Shown here piece by piece: positions 48,616-55,379 of a stretch of DNA of 55,379 nt (its first letter is position 1; each line of letters starts with the position of its first letter). Both the position numbers and the translations under genes were made by a program. The DNA lies in the NCBI GenBank assembly GCA_032718475.1, contig JAUCBJ010005274.1, positions 1-55,379 of the forward strand, in the 5' to 3' direction. Source of the DNA: Nemertoderma westbladi. Its lineage: Eukaryota; Animalia; Xenacoelomorpha. The notes under the pieces were generated by a model. It was not told where the DNA came from. It did not search any database and saw only the letters and a list, made by a program, of their open reading frames with translations.

Positions 48616-49049
48616 AGGAGTGTTAGTAGAGCAGTAGAGGGTTGTGGGCACCATAAGCGCCACGTAGATGGAAGTAGCAGTAGAGGTTGTGGGCACCGTA
48701 AGCGCCACGTAGTTAGAGTTAGTAGGGAATGCGCTGAACTTAGTGGGGCACGGGCGTGATGATGTGTTTGATGTAAGAGCAGGGTATGTTAATTAGGGTG
48801 GGTGCCGGGCACAAGAGGTGCCGGGCACAAAAAGAGTTAGTAAGAGTTAGTAGTAGAGTTAGTTGAGTCAGTAGTAGAGTTAGTTGAGTTAGTAGAGAGT
48901 TAGGGTAGAGGTTAGTAGAGAGTTAGTAGAGTTAGTAAGAGTTAGTAGTAGTTCACATAATTAACGTACCCACTCTGCCGGCATTCAGAGCGTCACGTGC
49001 AGGCGAGTGGATGTAAAGGAAGTAAGTTAGAGATAGAGTAGAGTAGTAG

Positions 49050-49432
49050 AGAGGGCACATAGGGTGCCAGGTAGTAGAGTAGAGTGTTAGAGGTAGCAGA
49101 GAGGGCACATAGGGTGCCAGAGAGTAGAATAGTAGAGACGGGCACATAGGGTGCCAGGTAGTAGAGTTAGAGAGTTAGAGATAGAGTAGAGTAGTAGAGA
49201 CGGGCACATAGGGTGCCAGGTAGTAGAGTTAGAAAGTTAGAGATAGAGTAGAGTAGTAGAGAGGGCACATAGGGTGCCAGGTAGTAGAGTTAGAGAGGTA
49301 GTAGTGTAGTAGAGAGGGCACATAGGGTGCCAGGTAGTAGAGTAGAGCAGAGAGGGCACATAGGGTGCCAGGTAGTAGAGCTAGAGAGGTAGTTGAGTAG
49401 TAGAAGGGCACATAGGGTGCCAGATAGTAGAG
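49050..49432 (+). repeat. Array of 8 GGGCACATAGGGTGCCAG units with variable purine-rich linkers
   Basis: Copies near 49053, 49103, 49140, 49202, 49263, 49316, 49354 and 49406. Confidence 0.9.
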
Positions 49433-50123
49433 TGGTTGTGGGCACCGCAAGCGCCACGTAGTTAGAAGAGTGGGTAGAGTTAGGGAGTTCTAGTTAAAGG
49501 GCTAGAGAGTTGGTAGACTTAGATGAGTCAAGTAGAGTTAGTAGAAGTAGAGAGTTAGTAGGAGTTAGTTAGACTTAGTAGTGCTAGTTAGAGTCGGAGA
49601 GTTAGTAGAAAGTTAGAGGCTCTCAGTTAGAGCTAGAAGTAGTAAGAGTTAGTAGTTAGTAGATAGTTAGATAGTTAGAGTTAGTAAGCAGTAGGTAGAT
49701 GGTATGATAGCACAGGGGTAGCATTAGAGATTAGGGCCTTAGGGAGGGCAAGAGAGATAGCGAGAGGTGGTATGGAGATAGTGTGGAGAGAGTGTGGGCG
49801 CAATTCAAGCGTGGGGGGGGGGGAGAAGTGAGAGGAAGAGTGAGGGACAGGGAAGTCCAAGAGTTAGAGCAAGAGAGGAGAGGAAGAGTAGAGTCAGGGC
49901 GAAAGTGTTGGGGAAACAAAAGTTGTGTGAGAGAAGCGCACGATCGGCCCGACACGAAACGCCAGAGGGTAGCAATATCATACCCATAGGGAGCGGCCCG
50001 GAAAGCCGGCTCCGAAAGAAAATAACCCACCCCACACCCGATACTAGATCGGGATCCAGCGGAATTGTAGCGCACTTTTTGGTGGATGCTATCTTCTCAC
50101 CGGGAAGATAGCATGGGGGGGAG

Positions 50124-50674
50124 TGTTAGCTTATCCAATTCCGCTAACATGAACCCACAAAGTAAGCCGTTGAGCAATATTGGGAGCACGAGGTTGATTA
50201 CCAATCAACCTCGTGTCAGCCCAGTAAACGGGGACAATAGGCCCCAAAGGAGACACACACAATAAGGGTCAGGGGCCAAACCCCTAACAGAGAGAGAACA
50301 ACAGGGGCAACGGGAAACACACCAGGGAAGGTGAAAGGGCGAGAAGTGGGATATTAGCCAATGGGGGGACAGCATCGACTAGGTACAGTAATATGGCCAA
50401 CTGTGCAGTACATATATTACCTGTTGGTGCTTCCCTATTCAGTTTAGTTTACTCAGTCAGATCAGTAGGGTGGAACGGGGACTTCTGTCACCGTCCGCTA
50501 CCGCCATCATACATTATATTACCTGTAACCGTGTCATACTATACTGTGCTATATCAGACTATTATACCTTTATACATATTACCGAACATCAGAACTCTTT
50601 TACCTTTCACACACGGCGGGGACGCGTGGATAGAAAACCCAACGGATAAACCGGGATCCGTAGATCCCGTCACA
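50124..50674 (+). repeat. 3' LTR of element D (551 bp)
   Basis: Direct repeat of 43523-44072, preceded by the PPT. Confidence 0.95.
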
Positions 50675-50850
50675 ATGATAGACCTATGGTGTTGGACTAG
50701 CCTAGGGTCTGATATTACTACTGGAGGGATGATCTTTCTTACAGTAGGAGGTGAATTGAACTTCGGTCTCACACGTTCCACACTCCTGTCTGGGTCACAG
50801 ATGGTTGTATCTAGGAGACTGTCTGACAGGTTTTGCTTTGTGCCAGACAT
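50675..50850 (-). CDS. gag: A2 gag N-terminus
   Basis: MSGTKQ...HHRSII joins in frame to GTRAQVK (43517 downward) once element D and one TSD copy are removed. Confidence 0.8.
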
Positions 50851-50978
50851 GTTTGTTTGTACAGTTGAATGCCTACTGCTATATTACAGTTAAAGCAAGT
50901 CTAGTAATTCAGTATCAACTGTTAGCCTAGTAATTGATTACCGATACTGTTACTCAGTGTAACGTGAGATATATATAT

Positions 50979-52398
50979 TAGGGCGGTGCGTTTTTTACTT
51001 TTTTTCGATTTCATTGTTCTACCGGTGCACAAAAGTTGCCAAATGGTAAAAAAATAAGGCAAAAAAAAATGTCTTTAAATTTCGTCTATATCTTCACGGA
51101 TCCCAAGAGGGTTGAAATTTTGAGCCATCGCGATGCGCCATAATTAAATTTATAGCAATATAGTAATATCACATTAATGAAAGATCAATGACTCAAGAAA
51201 GAACTTCCTGCATGCATCAAATGTCATCAAATGGGTCCAAACTTAGTTAGATACCAAAATTTTAATTTTTGGATCAAGGGAACAAGTGCCACAGGAACAT
51301 GCACATCGACAGAACCTACCATTTGGCACAAGTAATGATAATTCTAAATTTTCGCGATGGCAACTTTGAGTTCTACTGCATTAATATTATGCTCATTAAA
51401 ACCGCAATGACCGATTTAGTGGGGGTAGACACCTTCAAAACAAACGTAGTTTGTTTTGGATAGTTATTGAAATATCGCAGAAAATGTGAAGTCCGGCACA
51501 AGTCTATATCACCGCCTTGATGTGATATGGACAAATACACGAAAAATGATACTTTGAATTATCTCCAGGAATCAAGAATAGACATATAACAGAAATGATC
51601 GATATAGTTGATGTAGACACCTTCGAAATAAGAGTAGAGTCATTAGTGAGTTATTGAGTCTTGAGTTATTTTACAAAATGTCAAGACTATGTCCACCAAT
51701 TAATACTTGATATTGAGTTGATCCATTCCACACATTTTGTACAAAAACTGTAGTGAATTATTCACTACTCTTTCATTTTGAAGGTGTTTGTATACACTAA
51801 ATCAATTAGTTGCAGTGATGTGTATATTTTTGATGCCTTAAGATAATTAGAAGTAACATTTTTGTGTAGTTGTCTATAAATCATCAAGGCGGTAATGTTG
51901 ACTTGTGCCGGACTTAACATTTTCTGCAATATCTCAAGAACTATTCGCTCTATGCTTGTTTTGATGGTGTTTACCCCCACTAATTCGATTATTGCGGTTC
52001 TAATGAGCATAATATTAATGTAGTAGGAGAACTAGAAGGTGGTCATCGCGAAATGTGAGAATAATCGTCATTTGCGCCAAAGCGTAGGTTCTGGCTATGT
52101 GCCTGTGGCACTATTCCCTTGATCAAAAAATTAAAATTTTGGTATCTAACTAAGTTTGGACACATTTGATGACATTTGATGCATGCAGTAAGTTCTTTTT
52201 TAAGTCATTGATCTTTCATCAATGTGTTATATTGTTATAAATTTCATTACGGTGCATCGCGATGGCACAAAATTTCAACCCTCTTGGGATCCGTGAAGAC
52301 ATAGACGAAATTTAAAGAAATTTTTTTTGCCTTATTTTTTTACCATTTGGCAACTTTTGTGCACCGGTAGAACAATAAAATCGAAAAAAAGTAAAAAA
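50979..52398. mobile_element. Foldback / long-TIR non-autonomous DNA transposon (~1.4-kb palindrome) in the A2 leader
   Basis: 50991-51640 is the reverse complement of ~51760-52398; flanked by (TA)n; right terminus appears clipped; no ORF. Confidence 0.85.
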
Positions 52399-52419
52399 CA
52401 ATATATATATATAATATAT

Positions 52420-52672
52420 TAGAATACCGGTATGCTTATAGTATATATATAAGTATTATTACAGACTAGGTTTGTCACAGAATACCGGTATTTAATTTCA
52501 GCACAAATATATATAAATATGTAATAGGCCTATCGTGAATACCGGTATACAGCTTACACTTATAGTATATATAAGTATAATTATGGACTAGAATTAATTA
52601 CAGAATACCGGTATAATTTCAGCCTAAATTTATAGAAATAAATATAATAAGTCTATTGTAAATACCGGTACA
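52420..52672. repeat. ~120-bp tandem repeats with five TACCGGTA palindromes in the A2 leader
   Basis: aataccggta near 52423, 52482, 52538, 52604 and 52661. Confidence 0.7.
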
Positions 52673-53621
52673 TCAATTATTTTAGAATAATTAAATTTCT
52701 GAATTTTAGGGGTTACTTGGTTACTTTAACTTACTTTATTACCGTTATTTAAGCAGTAGTCCAACTGATATTGAGACCTAATTGTTGTATGGCAGGCCTA
52801 CTATTTTATAAATCGGTTTGAGTTGATTTATAATATATATACCCGTTTTAATGGGTTTTTGTCAATATTTGAAATAAATGTTATTATTACTGGGGGGAGT
52901 CACTACACAGAAGCTGTGCGCTCTCAGTGAAGTGCTACTTGTTGGACACTAAAACAAATAATTCTAATTTACCTAAGTTACTTAATACTACAAATTACGT
53001 ACAATTCGGGTGAGATTACAATCTCTAAATAAACACAAAAATTACAAGTACGAATTTTTAGGGTAATTTTACAAGAAGTCTACTAACCAGCCTAACAAAG
53101 GGTTAGAATATCTGGTTATTACAACGGACAGGGTACTACAGTATTTGAAAATAATAAGTAGTAGTAAATATACTGCGTTGTCCAGATAGGAAAAATACCA
53201 CCGTATGACGACTTATAGCCGTATCGCTATAAGTACTACGTTATGTATCACGGAGTGTTCCTACCTAGAAGTTAATTACCGCGGTCTACCAGAACCAACG
53301 TGCCTATTAACCACTTTACAACACAAATATACTGCCTACACACTAATTGCCTTCAGAAAGCACTGTACACTAAACCCTAAATTAGGTACAAGTACTTATA
53401 CAACAAATAATCAGTAGTTAAAATACTTGAACAGCTAAAAGAACCACGGTATCTGCTGGAGTGACCGGGGCACAAAATCACCAGTCTTTACCTACGCCAA
53501 GCAGCCCTGATGTAGTACCGGGGTTAATTTAACTATAACGGTATATATAACAAGCACAATTACTGTAGGAATAAACTTGGGGTATAAATGTTGCGAATAA
53601 TCGCATAAACTCTGAATAATA

Positions 53622-54205
53622 AATATTACGCTACCCGTACAAACTACTCAAACAAAATACAAACCAAACGCTGGCAGACTACTATCAAGCCTAAATAAAC
53701 TACAGTATGTGCAGACTCCGAAATGGTTAGTTAGTATGCGTTCTAACCGAGTAGTACGACTTATTCTTTCGGGGGGGATTTACCTTACAGCTCTAGATGC
53801 CCCTACTTTCCTAACCGGCACTTTATCGGACATACACTCTACACACACCACAATCTCTTCAGACTTAACAACAGCCAGACAACAATCTAGCCTATAAATT
53901 ATCTGAATAAGAAATATTACGGTACCTGTACAGACTACACAAACAAAGTACAGACCAAACGATGGCAGACTACTATCAAGCCTAAATAAACGACAGGACA
54001 TGCAGACTCCGAAATGGTTAGTTAGTATGCGTTCTAACCTAGTAGTACGACTTATTCTTTCGGGGGAGGGGGGGATTTACCTTACAGCTCTAGATGCCCC
54101 TACTTTCCTAACCGGCACTTTATCGGACATACACTCTATATGCACTGCAATCCGTTCAGACCTATCAACAGTCAGACAACAGTCCAGCCTACAAATTATC
54201 TGTAC
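53622..54205. repeat. ~292-bp tandem duplication in the A2 5' leader
   Basis: 53631-53900 is similar to 53923-54200; this explains the paired short ORFs. Confidence 0.85.
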
Positions 54206-54479
54206 GATCTGAGCAGGCTTACACGTCTTCTGCTCAATATTAGCCTGCAGATAAATAAAACTGACAGAAATAAGTAAACCATGCAAAGGAATAAGGGGTG
54301 ATCAATCCCTAATCCCCTAACAGCCTACAATATACAATATATCACAATCGAAATAATACTGCTGTACCTGTACTGCTGTAGGTACCGGTCCGGGTGGTTA
54401 GGTAGTCAGGCCTACTAGGTACGGGTTGTCCGGTACTTCAGCGTTATTGCCTACTGCAATCTAGAATTAAAACTGTTAT

Positions 54480-55379
54480 TGTTCGCGCTTTTAAGACTTT
54501 TGGCAGTTTAACCCGCCAAATCTATATGTCTTCTAGGTTATAAATCGACTTTAGCCTATGACAAGTATTTGATACAAATAAATCCAACATTAGCCGAAGC
54601 CAGTCTATGCGCGACCATTCACCCGCTGGATATACCCGGGAGACTGGATTCGGATGCTTTAATTTGATTGCGGTGCAGGCCTACCGTACTATTCGATTGA
54701 TCGTTAATATATAATCTCTGACAAATATTATTCACTTTCGGGAAATATTAGCAGTTCCTTTAGGACGTGGCGCTCTATCCATATAAACAGAGTTATGACT
54801 TACACTATACACAACGGGATGGCTTATAGATCACAAAAGGTGCATTCTTTAGGAAATGCTTTGTTACTCGGTCAAGCACATACAGACTATTGCACACCAC
54901 TGCACACTGAATTGCCGATATTCACTGATTTTAATCATGTATAAAGAGAACAGCAACCGACATTTGTAGGGCCTATTAAGTAGCATTGAATTCACTACAA
55001 ACCACGATAATGTATGTCGCAATTGCTATATGTAACCGGTCTCTCTAACCTTAGTGTATCAAGAAGATTGGGGTTTCTGATCGTTTATCAATATTCTCCA
55101 AATAACAATATGCAAACGAATGATACATTTAATAACAAACCGTAAATAGCAGTAAATAATGCGGTGAAAAGCAGTTTGAGTTTACAGCATGTAGTATGCA
55201 GTACCGTGCCAGACCAGGTAGGTAGTGTGCCAAGTTAACCAAGATAACAGTTTTGTGATCTTATAATTAAAGACGTTATAATGTTGGAAAATTCAGAAAC
55301 ATTCCACAGCCGATGATGTTCTAAGCTGGGAAAAACGTCATTACTGAATCATGTGATTCGTGGTATGCATTTTACACAC
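54480..55379 (-). repeat. 5' LTR of A2 (partial)
   Basis: Near-identical to 31614-32513. Confidence 0.95.

Larger units (their letters stand above)
43523..50674 (+). mobile_element. Non-autonomous LTR element D (7152 bp, gag-only, BEL-like)
   Basis: LTRs 43523-44072 and 50124-50674 (TGT..ACA; identical apart from a 1-nt indel as far as I can see); 5-bp TSD ATGAT (43518-43522, 50675-50679); G-rich PPT at 50115-50123; no pol motifs. Confidence 0.92.
31614..55379 (-). mobile_element. BEL/Pao family A, copy A2 (both LTRs; 5' LTR runs off the window; nested insertions at 43523-50674 and 50979-52398)
   Basis: LTRs 31614-32720 and 54480-end differ at about 5 positions in 900 bp by my count; order gag-PR-RT-RH-IN then accessory ORF. 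Confidence 0.92.

Noticed and set aside
49050-49432. CRISPR array (palindromic repeat with variable spacers)
   Set aside because: Repeats are only ~18 nt, spacers are low-complexity and related to each other, there are no cas genes, and the context is a eukaryotic LTR element.
50393-50893. ORFs 50393..50893 (+), 43869..44141 (+) and the N-terminus of 42497..43603 (-) as genes
   Set aside because: They are chance read-throughs across LTR junctions of element D.

Overview
Eukaryotic (invertebrate-like) genomic DNA. Bases 1-8000 hold a two-exon otopetrin-family proton-channel gene (minus strand) among decayed LINE/SINE/MITE relics. Bases ~8000-55379 are a nest of retroelements. There are two copies (A1 10625-20632; A2 31614->55379) of a very large (~18 kb reconstructed) minus-strand BEL/Pao LTR retrotransposon, a fragment of a diverged relative (B, 21600-23336), and a plus-strand BEL/Pao element (C) interrupted by a full-length CR1-group LINE and by A2. 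A2 itself carries a recent 7.15-kb non-autonomous LTR element (D, 5-bp TSD) and a 1.4-kb foldback element. Most notable: (1) family A carries, in the env position, a ~1400-codon accessory gene with a DEDDy/WRN-like 3'-5' exonuclease domain and tandem CCHC knuckles, and family B carries a diverged homologue of its zinc-knuckle region; (2) families A and D lack a tRNA-type PBS and instead show PBS-to-LTR complementarity with Tf1-like self-priming geometry; (3) both A copies have an in-frame UGA-CAA plus hairpin at the gag/pol junction; (4) a covarying RNA stem-loop precedes the accessory gene. All family assignments come from motifs recognised by eye; no database search was run.
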